From positions 1,860,001-1,924,000 of the forward strand of contig JBLDXI010000010.1 in the NCBI GenBank assembly GCA_047495785.1: 64,000 bases of DNA. The letters are read 5' to 3'. A program made the position numbers and the translations under genes. Below are positions 1-10,831 of this stretch, piece by piece. The notes below the pieces were generated by a model. It searched no databases. It worked only from the letters and a program-made list of their open reading frames with translations, and was not told the DNA's origin. How positions within the stretch are numbered: the first letter of the stretch is position 1; every line of letters begins with the position of its first letter. This DNA is from Lepidodermella squamata (Eukaryota > Animalia > Gastrotricha).

Positions 1-1967
1 GTCACGTAGGTTTCCACAAACTGATCCGCGACTTCATCCCTGTAACCCGACCCCAACGCAGCTACAAGACATTGCTGAGGGTCGATGCCGAACAGCCAAA
101 GGCTTAAGACGAGTAGGATAAGAATAGAAAAGCCAAGTGATGCCGTCAATGTCTGTGAATCTTTGATTTCAATCGGTGCAAGAACTAAATTTGGCATGAC
201 TGATGATTTTCGCGATACACGAAGGTCTACACCTGGCGATGACCGCCGACGGGCTTCATCTTCCTTAAGCTTCCGATAGCTGAGGAAAACGTGAACAGCG
301 GTGATTGAAGTGATAATTGCTACAGAAATCAGTTCAATGAAAATTCGACTGATCAATAAAGAGTGAGCTGATAGAAGTGACGTCTTTACAACGAAGAGAA
401 TTGCAGACACGTCCAACAGAACACAACCTGCAAGCGTCGAGATTTTCGCAGCTCGAACTCCTGTAGGCTCCCTTCTATAAGCCGAGTAAACCGCGACAGC
501 GAATTTCGCAACTATAAGGAATCCAGCGAAAGTTGATATTGTTGCTAGAGAAGTATCTGACGTATCAAGATGCCGAACTACCCTAGTCTCCATGTCACTG
601 GGAGGGCTCCCGTTTACAGTTGGCCAAGGAATTTTGCTCAGAATGGGGATGACCCTGGAATTGTCGTAAGGATCACTCGAGTTGGACTTCTCATTACTAA
701 TTTGAACTATCTTAAAACCATTTTTCAGGGTGACGTAGAACGGCAAACCTTGAAGATTTCCGGCTTTATCGTAGCTGACCGAAGAAGTTCGCAATGGTTT
801 GTAGGTGGTAGCAATGAAGTTTTCTTGCACGGCTTGAACAATCGTGGCGGAATTCTTCCGAAAATCTCTTAAGGTTAGATTTTTCGCTGCCAGGGCTTTC
901 TCGGCATAATCCAGAGCAATGACAGATTGCATCACAGTATCGTGGCAGACCTTGGAAATGGCGTAGTCTGATGTTCGAACTCCCATGATCTTTTCATTCA
1001 GCATTGCCTCAAATTCAGTTGGATTGTAGCCAAAGTCGCTAGGATGCGTCATGTCCCCATCACCGTCGACAGTTCCGAAAACGAAGGTCTGATCAAGTTG
1101 CTCGGCAATTACAGATTTCTCACACTTTGCCTTTCCTGAACCTTCAACGTAATTCTTATAGACACCTTGAATTCCAGCATCAATGCCGAGGAAGAGATAC
1201 CTGGAACCCTTCATTCCAGCTTCATGCAAGGTGCACAGAACGTCTGGTAGCGTGACAGTAAAACTAACGTAGATCACAATTATTCTGACGTCCTTTGCCT
1301 TCAAATTTTCAGCGTTTTGCCGCTCGAAATTGATGGATGTATCGAAGGTAATTACATTGACCCCTTTCGCTTGAGCAATATCCATGAAATGCAGAGCCCC
1401 GACCAAGTCATTCGAGTTATCTGGATTCAAAATCATGGCGATATTCCGCCAACCTCCGACCGTCTTAATAAATCTTAAGTAGCCAAAGTTGTAGTTAATC
1501 ATCGTCGAGGCAGATAATAAAAGGTTGGGGAACTGTTTCCTATCAGAGAGAATAGGGTGAGTACAAGCTGATGATAGGCTCATGAAGTTGATGTGATGCA
1601 AGAAACGTCCGATACCCTTGCAGCCATTCGAATTGGTTGGGCCAACTGCGATCGGTGAAGGCAGAATGCTGTCATCGGAACTTTCAAAATATTTCCGATA
1701 GTAGTCCATGAACGCTGTTGGAGCGTTGTTTCCCGATAGCTTTTCATCTCCAAATACCAGTTGAATCTCGTAATCAGGGAGATATTTCGTGCTATTATTT
1801 GCAACTTCAGCTGCCAGGGCAGATGCAGCTCGGCAATTGGATGGGATAGATGGCTCCGAACCCGTGATTCGGCTTTGCACATAAAGCGCGAGTTTAAAAG
1901 GCTTTTTCTGACCTGCAACCGGGTGCAGGACAAATGCCAGGATGTACACAAAGATTCGCATTCTCAT
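1..1967 (-). CDS. Class C GPCR, GABA-B-like (Venus flytrap + 7TM), paralog 1; truncated by the window edge
   Basis: ATG at 1967 gives MRMRIFVYILAFVLHPVAGQKKPFKLALYVQSRITGSEPSIPSNCRAASALAAE...GDEKLSGNNAPTAF...CTHPILSDRKQFPN. The same frame reads ...GSGYRDEVADQFVETYV at the left edge, collinear with 3636..6020. It is absent from the ORF track, consistent with no stop inside the window. Confidence 0.88.
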   Translation of the reverse strand, partial: MRMRIFVYILAFVLHPVAGQKKPFKLALYVQSRITGSEPSIPSNCRAASALAAEVANNSTKYLPDYEIQLVFGDEKLSGNNAPTAFMDYYRKYFESSDDSILPSPIAVGPTNSNGCKGIGRFLHHINFMSLSSACTHPILSDRKQFPNLLLSASTMINYNFGYLRFIKTVGGWRNIAMILNPDNSNDLVGALHFMDIAQAKGVNVITFDTSINFERQNAENLKAKDVRIIVIYVSFTVTLPDVLCTLHEAGMKGSRYLFLGIDAGIQGVYKNYVEGSGKAKCEKSVIAEQLDQTFVFGTVDGDGDMTHPSDFGYNPTEFEAMLNEKIMGVRTSDYAISKVCHDTVMQSVIALDYAEKALAAKNLTLRDFRKNSATIVQAVQENFIATTYKPLRTSSVSYDKAGNLQGLPFYVTLKNGFKIVQISNEKSNSSDPYDNSRVIPILSKIPWPTVNGSPPSDMETRVVRHLDTSDTSLATISTFAGFLIVAKFAVAVYSAYRREPTGVRAAKISTLAGCVLLDVSAILFVVKTSLLSAHSLLISRIFIELISVAIITSITAVHVFLSYRKLKEDEARRRSSPGVDLRVSRKSSVMPNLVLAPIEIKDSQTLTASLGFSILILLVLSLWLFGIDPQQCLVAALGSGYRDEVADQFVETYV

Positions 1968-2745
1968 TTATAGTTTGTCAAATAGTCTACAATTTACAAA
2001 TTTTTCTTGATAGATCTGGTGCAAGTGGGGATGATCACCTTATATAGGCGCGAAATGGCGAACTTGTATGTCAGCCACGGGGTACAAGAACTGTTCTTCT
2101 GTTCCCGGTGACGTCGCGCATAGCATTTCTTCGTATTAGTACCGGTCGTATAATGTTTAATAATTCTATCTAAAGCATTCCTTGCAGTGACTTTCTTGGA
2201 CAATCTTAAACTACTCGAGTCAAATTTCATGTTTCACGCGCCAAAAAGGACAGCATCGGCAAAAAGTTTATTCTCGATTATTCCAAAGCCTAAAGCTGCC
2301 AAAACACTAATCGAAAAGCAAGGATTGTCAACAGTTCTTTGAGGCCATTTTTTTCGAACAAATTACGTAACTATCTTACAGAAACTGGGTGTAAAACATA
2401 CTGTTTTAAAGTCCTTACAGCTACCTGTTTGAAATATTCGATTATTTAATCAATCCATTAGCCTGAGTATATATTTATCTATGAAAGTAGGTTGATATTA
2501 ATACTAATAGCTTTCAGACTTATTAATCCGGTGCAATTTCAAGGGACAAGGTTCTATCATGTCACCAACCTTATCGACATTAAAGGAGGCAGTTGGAAAC
2601 AGTTGCTCTTCACCACAATGGAAAAAATTCCGAAGTCATATATCCGGATACAGGGTATCATTTGTTTTGTTGGAGATGGAGTCCACTCAGGCCGAGAAGA
2701 AATCAGGATAGGTTTTGAATCATGTTTCAAAATTCTTCATAATTG

Positions 2746-3125
2746 TCTCCCCCATAGAAAGTATACTCTCAATATAATATATGCATTGAGAGTTGACGCT
2801 AACAAACGTTCATTGTTTCTCCCGTCTTGAGCAGCCGAAAGAGTACTTCCAATAAAAGGATTGAACATCTTTTGCGTGGAAAGTATACTCTCCATGAAAT
2901 GATCGCGTGTGTCTTTAGCGTGGAAAGTTCACATTCTAATAGTGATATCATGGAAAGCAGACTCTCAATGAGCCTTTTTTTATTGAGAGTATGCTCTCCA
3001 TGGGGGATAGTGTGCATGCAATATTGAAAGTTCACTCAAACTCAAGAAAGTTCAATTTCAATAAAAAAAGGCCCATTGAGAGTTAACTCTCAACGATACG
3101 ACACTCTCAATGTAACACATGCATA
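2746..3125. repeat. Degenerate foldback/palindromic repeat built from ACTCTCAAT/ATTGAGAGT units
   Basis: About 7 copies of the motif in both orientations. Imperfect ~28-bp IR at 2746-2773 vs 2982-3009, a second IR at 2961-2985 vs 3059-3083, and palindrome TTGAGAGTTAACTCTCAA at ~3076. Confidence 0.55.
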
Positions 3126-3635
3126 CGGAGTCGAACAATTTTTTACTACAACAATGCTCCCCCGAGGGCGAGGCTCGAGGCCGCGCTGTTATCCCGCGAA
3201 GCAAATGAGCCTGAAATTTCGATGGGAGATCTTCAAGAGAGATCTCTCACCAAGAGTTTAGTGGAAGAAGCTGTGTGCTTCACACAATACAAAAATATGT
3301 AATCAAACAAATAATTATTTTTTACTATAAAATAATTTTTGAAATACATTCAAGAAGCGGGACCTGGCAGTCTGCTGGGGAATTGCACTTATCTAGAGTG
3401 CAGTTATCGGAGGAACACAGTATTACAATTTCCCGCACCAGTCATCACCAACGCTGAGAACCGATTAAAAACCCCTAACATGGGTGCATTCACGAGGAAT
3501 CGAACCACCCTATATAAAAATACCACAACACAGATACAAAAAATTACAAAATAGTAATATGTCAAACGAATGTCTCGATGGCGTGAAAACGGCGGATCAC
3601 CGGTAAAAATGGCGGCGCTATTCGATCCGCCGCGA

Positions 3636-6020
3636 TCAAATCGGTGACATTTTTTTAGATATTTCCTTTGGACGCATCGGCGACGTAATTCGAGATAATC
3701 GAACAGCTGCCGCTTGTCGGCGGGTCGCATTGCCCGGAGTTGTGCTGCGTATTCCCGGGGTCCCTATCTCAACCTTCGCATTTTTAAGAATTTTCAGCAG
3801 CAGTGTCGAGACAATCAAAGACACCATTAGATCGATTATAGCTACGCCCAGTTGCTGATCCAAAGGATTTCTCAGCATCAGCATAATCAAGCTGGAGCAA
3901 GGTATGACAGTCAAAAAAATGAGTACAATGACCGACATTTCCTTGAAACCAGGCATCAAATCATCTCGCTTAGATTGTTTCAAGTTGAACAAAGCAAAAG
4001 CGGCCGGGATTAAAATAGCGAAATTAGCCGACAAGAGGCTTGCGAGCCAAGAAATCTGATCTGTTGAGGTGCAAACGATGGCGTAGCTTTCAACAAACGC
4101 ATCGGCCCCTTCATCGCGGTAACCTAATCCGATATTAGCCTCAACGCACTGCAATGGTTCGATCGCAAACAGCCATAGGCTCAAAATGAGAATATTAAGT
4201 AAAAGAAATGCAAAAGATGCCTTCAACGCCCCGAAAGTTTCGAAAATCATTGCTTTAGGAGGCTCGATAACGATTCTCTGAAAAATGGATTTCCGACTAG
4301 ACAACCTTGGGCCAGCACTTTGATGTTGAATAGTTCGATTCATTATTAAAATCTGAAACGATACTGCCGACGTTATGATTGACAGCGAAGTGAATTGAAG
4401 GAACAATCGAGCAATCCAAACTTTAAACGGTGAAATCGAAGTTTCGAGAACAAAGAGTATCGCAGACAAAGACAAAAGAAGGCTTCCTGATAGACAGCAA
4501 ATTATTAAAATCGGACAGTTCCGTTTCTCCCGGTTCCTAAACACGAGGATACTGATGTAAAGTTGGAAAATTAGCAGAAAGCCAGAAGTAGTCGATACTA
4601 TTATCAAAGAAATCCAGCTATTATCCACCAGACGTTTGACCACAGATTCCAGATCTTTCGGGCTTCTGCCGTCCAGGGTTGGCCAAGGGAATTTGTCCAC
4701 TATCAGCGTTACTTCAGTGTTCTCATATTCATCGCTCGAATTAGAGGCTATACTCACTGCTTGCACTAATTTAGACCCACTTAACAGAGTAACATAGTAC
4801 GGCGTATTTTGAAGATTTCCCTTGCTATCATAAGTTACAACTGAGGTTCTCAGCGGGTTGTATTTGATAGCGACGAAGTTTTGCTTGGCTGCTTCTATAA
4901 CTAAATTAGGCTTGGTAACAAAATCTCTCAGAGAAAGATTTCTAAAGCTCAAATCTTTCTCGGTCCTATCCAGGGCGACAATCGTTTGCATCACAGTATC
5001 ATGGCATACCCAATTGTAACCGTAGTCGGACGTTTTCACACCTCGACTTCTCTCATTGAACAAAACATCGAATTCCCTCTTACTGTAACCAAAATCACTG
5101 TTATGCGTTTCCTCCCCATCTCCATCGATTGAGGCAAGCACCAGCGTTTGCTTGAACTGCTCCATATAGATCTCTTTGCTGCAATTAAGACTTGCAGTTG
5201 ATAGATCTGTCACCCAAGTCCAAAGAGCTTGAATTCCTGTATCAATGCCTAAGTAGAGATACTTCGGCCCCTTCAAATCGGCTTCGTAAGCTAGGCAAAA
5301 GAGGTTAGGGTGCCAGGAAGTGCTGTAAATCAGGATTATCCTCAGATCTTTCTCCTTCAGATTTCGAGCAGCTTGCAAGTCGAAACTAGCCACTGTTTCG
5401 AATACAGGAACTGCTACGCCTTGCGACTGAGCTGCGTTCAAAAAATGAAGACCACCTGTGAAATCGTTAGAATTTTCCTGATTGATGATTACTGCTATAT
5501 TGCGCCACTTTCCGATTGTCTTCATAAATTTGATGTAACCGAAATTTTTGTTAATCATAGTAGTGAGGGATAGATACATATTAGGGTACCTTTTACGGTC
5601 TGATAGAACGGGGTGAGTACAAATTGATGAGACGCTCATGAAATGGATGTGATGTAGAAAATTGCCAATCCCGCGGCATCCATTCGAATTCCAAGGTCCT
5701 GCAGCTATCGGGGATGGGTATTCTACCGAATCTCCTCGGTTTTCGTAATAATTTCGGTAGTAGTCAATGAAAGCTGTCGGGGCGTTATTCCCTCCCAATT
5801 TTTCATCGCCGAATATGAGTTCAACATTGTACGAAGGTAGATACTTTGTGTTGTTGTTAGCCCATTCAGCTGCTAGCGATGCAGCCAGTCGACACATGAT
5901 TGGGACGTAGTCTGTTCCTGTGATTCGACTCTGGACATGAAGAGCCAATGTATATGGCTTCGGCTGGCTAAGTTGTGTTTGGATACTTGGAATAGATAGC
6001 AGTATTATGACGGAAATCAT
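3636..6020 (-). CDS. Class C GPCR, GABA-B-like, paralog 2 (794 aa, intronless)
   Basis: Signal peptide; ANF-receptor/VFT motifs (YLPSYNVEL, GPWNS, CTHPVLSDRKRYP, WRNIAVI); WP..DG.SP.D linker with no Cys-rich domain; seven hydrophobic segments. Confidence 0.9.
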   Translation of the reverse strand: MISVIILLSIPSIQTQLSQPKPYTLALHVQSRITGTDYVPIMCRLAASLAAEWANNNTKYLPSYNVELIFGDEKLGGNNAPTAFIDYYRNYYENRGDSVEYPSPIAAGPWNSNGCRGIGNFLHHIHFMSVSSICTHPVLSDRKRYPNMYLSLTTMINKNFGYIKFMKTIGKWRNIAVIINQENSNDFTGGLHFLNAAQSQGVAVPVFETVASFDLQAARNLKEKDLRIILIYSTSWHPNLFCLAYEADLKGPKYLYLGIDTGIQALWTWVTDLSTASLNCSKEIYMEQFKQTLVLASIDGDGEETHNSDFGYSKREFDVLFNERSRGVKTSDYGYNWVCHDTVMQTIVALDRTEKDLSFRNLSLRDFVTKPNLVIEAAKQNFVAIKYNPLRTSVVTYDSKGNLQNTPYYVTLLSGSKLVQAVSIASNSSDEYENTEVTLIVDKFPWPTLDGRSPKDLESVVKRLVDNSWISLIIVSTTSGFLLIFQLYISILVFRNREKRNCPILIICCLSGSLLLSLSAILFVLETSISPFKVWIARLFLQFTSLSIITSAVSFQILIMNRTIQHQSAGPRLSSRKSIFQRIVIEPPKAMIFETFGALKASFAFLLLNILILSLWLFAIEPLQCVEANIGLGYRDEGADAFVESYAIVCTSTDQISWLASLLSANFAILIPAAFALFNLKQSKRDDLMPGFKEMSVIVLIFLTVIPCSSLIMLMLRNPLDQQLGVAIIDLMVSLIVSTLLLKILKNAKVEIGTPGIRSTTPGNATRRQAAAVRLSRITSPMRPKEISKKMSPI

Positions 6021-6419
6021 CTTCGCGTCAAATTGAAGTTAATGCTTCAATCTGCTCCCGTTAAGGGTTTTTAACTCAAACCTCGACGATCCTGTCATGC
6101 CAGCGGAATTTATTAGCTGGATCATCGAATAAGTCTCGAATTAGAATTGTTGAACGTGATTCAGAAGCTTGAATAAGCAACGATGCTAAACGCCTAAATG
6201 ACCATATCATATGACCCTGTTGAGACAAATTCTTGGCGTCTAGTGACGACTCACCACGGACCACCCCCCTCGTAAGATTCTGCACCTATTGCTACTAACA
6301 GAAATGAGATATGAGTTCCGACGGTTTAAGCGGATTTTACGATAAAGTAGGCGCATGCTCCGATGACATAAACTAAAATAGATCATTCCGATTGAATAAT
6401 TTACTTTTCTAATTTAATT

Positions 6420-7249
6420 TTGCGCAAGCTCGACCGGCACCAGCCGCCTCGATCGAATGGTCCGATGAAGCTGCCTAATGGTTTGGTTCTTCACCCCTCG
6501 ACTGTCCTTGCCGACGAGCTAGCTGCTCACCCACTTTGCGGCTCCGATGCACCCCTACTGCGACCCAGCTGCGATGCAGGATGCGCAGGATCAATGTTGC
6601 GCATTGATCGAACCGAAGTTGCACCGAAATGATCAATATGTTGCGCAGGATCAATCAACAGTTCTTCCTGGAAGCCTCGTGAGCACTCGTGAATGAAGTC
6701 GTCAAATTCCAACTCGGTCGGCTCCACGCTCCAGCCAAGTTTTCGAGTGATATAACCAGCGACATATCGGAACGATTTCGGGTTATGGATGAGTTGCCGC
6801 GGAACACCCTTAGACAGTATGTGATTGTGCTGTATGCCACGCAACATATCGCGCACCCGTTTTTGTAGTTACGGGCCAGTTTGACGTCCAAGCAACGGTG
6901 CTGAACCCAAGGCTGAACCCCTTGAATATTCGCACGTAAAGAAATGCCAAACTGCGAGCTAGCCAAGCGTAGATGAGCCGCAAAAACTAAGACGTCGTAG
7001 ATTGATGGATGGCGACGTGCTCCGCCGCAGCGGCGAAGTTGTGAGAATAGCTGCTCAACAGCGTCCTCTAATTGATTCGACTCGCCATAACGAATTTCAC
7101 ACCGTTAGCCAGCAGATAGCGTATCAACTCGATCAGGTTCTTCGTGGTGTGGACGACACCGCGGAAGACATTTCGAGGCCAAGCCCGGCTTTGCTTGTAA
7201 TTGCGCTTTTCGGTCTTTATAGTGCTATAGTTTTTCAAGTTGCAGTTAT
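6420..7249 (-). pseudogene. P-element/THAP9-family transposase, C-terminal part (degenerate)
   Basis: Minus strand reads FRGVVHTTKNLIELIRYLLANGVKFVMASRIN, then after a stop/frameshift EDAVEQLFSQLRRCGGARRHP (the QDxLExFF..IR..GG..HP catalytic-Glu motif), and later FRYVAGYITRKL (YIAGY motif). Confidence 0.85.
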
Positions 7250-7895
7250 CGTTCGTGTTGCGACGTAAGGGACCGCCAGTGCTAGCGCATATTTCTATAT
7301 ATTATTATACCGCTACATTGCGGTTGTTTACAACTGCGGAGCGGTTGCATCCCAAATTACTATCTTCGGTTCAGGGGCTATAAAATTGCCATTAGCTGCG
7401 ATTTCTATCTTGCGCTCTTGGACTCTTGAAGAGAAAAGAGAAATTCAGCTTCTTCGCCTATCCTTTCTATAATTCTTCAAAGTTTTCTCGCGCTCTTCTG
7501 GAATTCTTCAATTGAAGATTTTACTGGTAGCAAAAACGAGCTGCCGTGACCCGTTGCCGTGCACCTTTATTTTCAACGCAGCGAAATAATCGAAAATGAA
7601 CAAAAGAAATGAAACCAAGAGAATAATTCAGCACACTTTGATTCAACAAAAATGGCGATAGCAGGTTGAATATATCGAAATAGCCAGCACTCAGCAATAG
7701 TTTAGTAGCGACCTTTTGCCGGAATTTCGCCTATTTTCCATTTCTGATTCCCAATCAATATCCAATCAGCTATAAATAAAGGGGCGACTTCGCGTAAAAG
7801 TTGAAGTAAAATAATCCTATCAACAATGCAGAATTTAAGATTTAATTCGGCAGCTAATAGGATGCACTATTGCTATACTTTAATAGCTTTGAGAG

Positions 7896-8095
7896 ATATC
7901 GTTAGCGACGCTGAATAACTCGGATTTAGGCTTGTTTGCATCTATTTCAAATTGATAGGTAACAAGTAAAAAGCATTTTGTTTTTGCCTCTTTGTACTTT
8001 GAAAAATGTCATTTTTACTTGTCACTTGTCACCCGTGACCTTGAAACAGATGTAAACAAGCCCAAATTCAAGTTATTCAACGTCGCTAACGATAT
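7896..8095. mobile_element. ~200-bp hairpin MITE, family A copy 1
   Basis: ~55-bp arms GTTAGCGACGCTGAATAACTCGGATTTAGGCTTGTTT... / ...AACAAGCCCAAATTCAAGTTATTCAACGTCGCTAAC. Confidence 0.7.
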
Positions 8096-8426
8096 TGCGA
8101 TAAGATTTTGATGAATCATTACTAACTATTTTAGAAATGACCCATTCTAAATAGAAAGTTCCTCTGATTACTGCGAAAAATTATAGAATGATATTTATGA
8201 ACACGTAATATTATTGAAAGTAGACCCCGCCGCTGGAAGGTAGCGGATAATCTTTGTAGTGTCGCAATTATAAAACAAGCGGTATTCAAAGTTTTCTGAA
8301 AATGTATCCCTTAAAACCGAAACAAGTGAAGTAACAATTTTCAAGAATAGAGGACGGCGATACTCTATTGGGTATCTAGCAAACTAACTAACGATAACTA
8401 ACTTCGTAAGCCACAGAAACGGGAGC

Positions 8427-8610
8427 GTTAGCGTCGTTGAATAACTCAGATCTGGGCTTGTTCACGTCAGTTACAAGATGAATAGTGACAAGTAAAAGGT
8501 GATAGGAGCGTTATAAATGAAGAGGGGAAGCAAACTTGACACCCGTCAACTGTCTGTAATCTGTAACTGACGTGAACAAGCCAGAATCCGAGTTATTCAA
8601 CAACGCTAAC
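8427..8610. mobile_element. ~185-bp hairpin MITE, family A copy 2
   Basis: Same arms (GTTAGCGTCGTTGAATAACTCAGATCTGGGCTTGTTCACG... / ...CGTGAACAAGCCAGAATCCGAGTTATTCAACAACGCTAAC). Confidence 0.7.
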
Positions 8611-9005
8611 AACTACGCAGTAGTGATGGCGATGCATCCTGCTTGAATGCTGTTTTCTCCCCGTTCAAAACGAAGAATTAGTCTATTGGAGACTAATTAA
8701 GCTCATTAAGTGTTACATTTTAATACCTGGAGCCTAGAGCAGATCAGATTTGTCTCTAACAAGCTGCGCTTTGATTTCTTATCCTTGCCAAGCAGAACAA
8801 ATCGCTCCAGTTGCTCCAGAGATCTACCCGTAACCCGTTCTCATCGTGAAGTACGCGCCACTTTTTAGCCTTCACTTACTCTGAACCCCTGAGAATTATT
8901 CTACATTCTTGCCAATAGATCGGTTTGAAGTGCCGTCAGCATTCCTGATAGCCCTAATTATAGGATTCCAACCAAAATGACCGAGCGGATGCGCTTTGTA
9001 AAATA

Positions 9006-9293
9006 CAGGGTGACTTTTTTATAGTGGCAATAATCCATGTTAACAATAATTGCGTCTAGTACTGAATCATCTTTGTATGGCGAGTACTTGCATGTCGATT
9101 TCTCCAAACTTAACGAACTCGTGCTAGCAATAAAATTTTATGAATGGCCTGGTATTACGCGATAATTATCAGATAGAGTTTGAAGAGTTTGGAGAAATCG
9201 ACTTTAGTGCAGTGCAAGTACTCGCAATACTAGACAGTACTAGTCCCGATTAATGCTAACAAAGATTATTTCCACTATAAAAAAGTCACCCTG
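9006..9293. mobile_element. Tc1/mariner-type MITE
   Basis: TA|CAGGGTGACTTTTTTATAGTGG ... CCACTATAAAAAAGTCACCCTG|TA, with internal palindromy. Confidence 0.85.
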
Positions 9294-9945
9294 TATACTT
9301 TCTTTGTTTTCTTTGACAACCATTAGTCCGTGGCATTTTGCTCTAGACGTAGTATATCATTACGAAGTCCGCGCAAATATCGTGAAACCCAAACTTGCAT
9401 GGTGGGTCTGGATTTGTCGTATAGGAATCAAGCCAATCGAGCATTACTCGAATACGGCGGAATCGCTGTTAATTGCTAATCATGAATTATCGCTAACCAG
9501 ATGACATTCCCAAGACCATCCGCTATCTTTCTTAGGATGTAGGGATGCAAGTCATCCTAGCAATTCTCGAATGCTACTAAGTACGCAAACATTGTGCGAT
9601 TCTACTGTAGACCCTATGCGGCTGCGAATCTACTTCCAGTGATTTCACGTGCTTCGCGCAAGGTTGTAGGTTGTAGTTCACTTTAGTGCAACAGCTCAAC
9701 GGCTCATAAAAGTTGACAAAACATGAAATGCGATTGATTCTGTGATCGAAACAGAAAAATATGTGATCGCTTTTTCATGTCATAGAATTTAAGAAGGATA
9801 ACGAAATATCTGCGAGATAATGGAGAAGGATATTCACAAAATAGATTATGAATAATAGCGTATAATAAGTGCTATCTTGGCATTTTCAGGATTTAGGGGC
9901 TGAATAGTCGAAAAATTGGCTCATCTAGTCCATAGTTCCATAATA

Positions 9946-10382
9946 CCGTATTTTACGAATTATTAGGCTGGACCCAATTATAGGGCAGAACCGGAATAAA
10001 GGGCAGAGGGTAATGGTCATTTGAAATAATAAAGGGCAGAACCGTATTAATAGGCAGGGCCTTGTATGAATTGGCTTACATGAGCGCCTGCTGGGTAAAT
10101 GGTTAAGTTGGATAGGATGCGATTTTTCGTCACTAATAGTCGTTTATCCACCTTAATCCACTTAAGCACACACTTCACGTATGTAGTCACAGGTGGAAGG
10201 CAGTAGCTAGAGTGGTTATTCGGCGGTTTTAACTGTTGATCTAGGTACACTTCAGGTGACTAATTAAGTTCGAAAAATTAAAGGGCAGACCCGAAATAAA
10301 GGGCAGACCCTAAATACAGGGCAGGACTTGAACCTCTTTTGAAAAAAATACAGGGCACGGTCTTATAATTCGCAAAATACGG
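9946..10382. mobile_element. pogo/Tc2-type MITE
   Basis: TA|CCGTATTTTACGAATTAT ... ATAATTCGCAAAATACGG|TA, with repeated AATAAAGGGCAGA subterminal motifs. Confidence 0.85.
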
Positions 10383-10831
10383 TATGCATTTTCGTGGGTT
10401 GCTTGCAATGTTGCTCCGGGAACGAGAAACTCAATAACTAAGTATGTTTTTTCGAAGACTCTGGCCATGTTTCAACAAGTGGTGATGGTCATGGGTCATG
10501 GTTCATGGTTCAACAAGACAATACAGAGAGACAGAAAAGTATTATCCTAGACTACGCTCGAAATGAACGAAGGTGAAATAAGGAAGAAGAGGATAAACTT
10601 GGTTGATTTTAAGAATTTGACCATGATAACGGAGAAATTGTCTGAAGCGTTTGTGCGCAGTACGCATTCTGGTTGGCGTTGCAACCGCTCGGTATCGGAT
10701 GCGCCGCGATAATGATGCTATTACTAACGAATAAACAGTAGCTTATACCAGTACCAAGTATTTTATTACAAACCGCATGAAAGTACTGCCTAACGAGGTT
10801 TCTTACGTCGCAACTCGAACGTTATGCCATA

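Larger units (their letters stand above)
7250..10821. mobile_element. 3.57-kb non-autonomous TIR element with 4-bp TTAT TSD, inserted in the P transposase
   Basis: TTAT|CGTTCGTGTTGCGACGTAAG ... CTTACGTCGCAACTCGAACG|TTAT (19/20 IR match). Excision restores the transposase frame. Confidence 0.8.

Noticed and set aside
3272-3649. Solo LTR (TGT...ACA ends, TATA-like motif) overlapping the GPCR paralog 2 stop codon
   Set aside because: No target-site duplication, PBS/PPT or second copy is visible.
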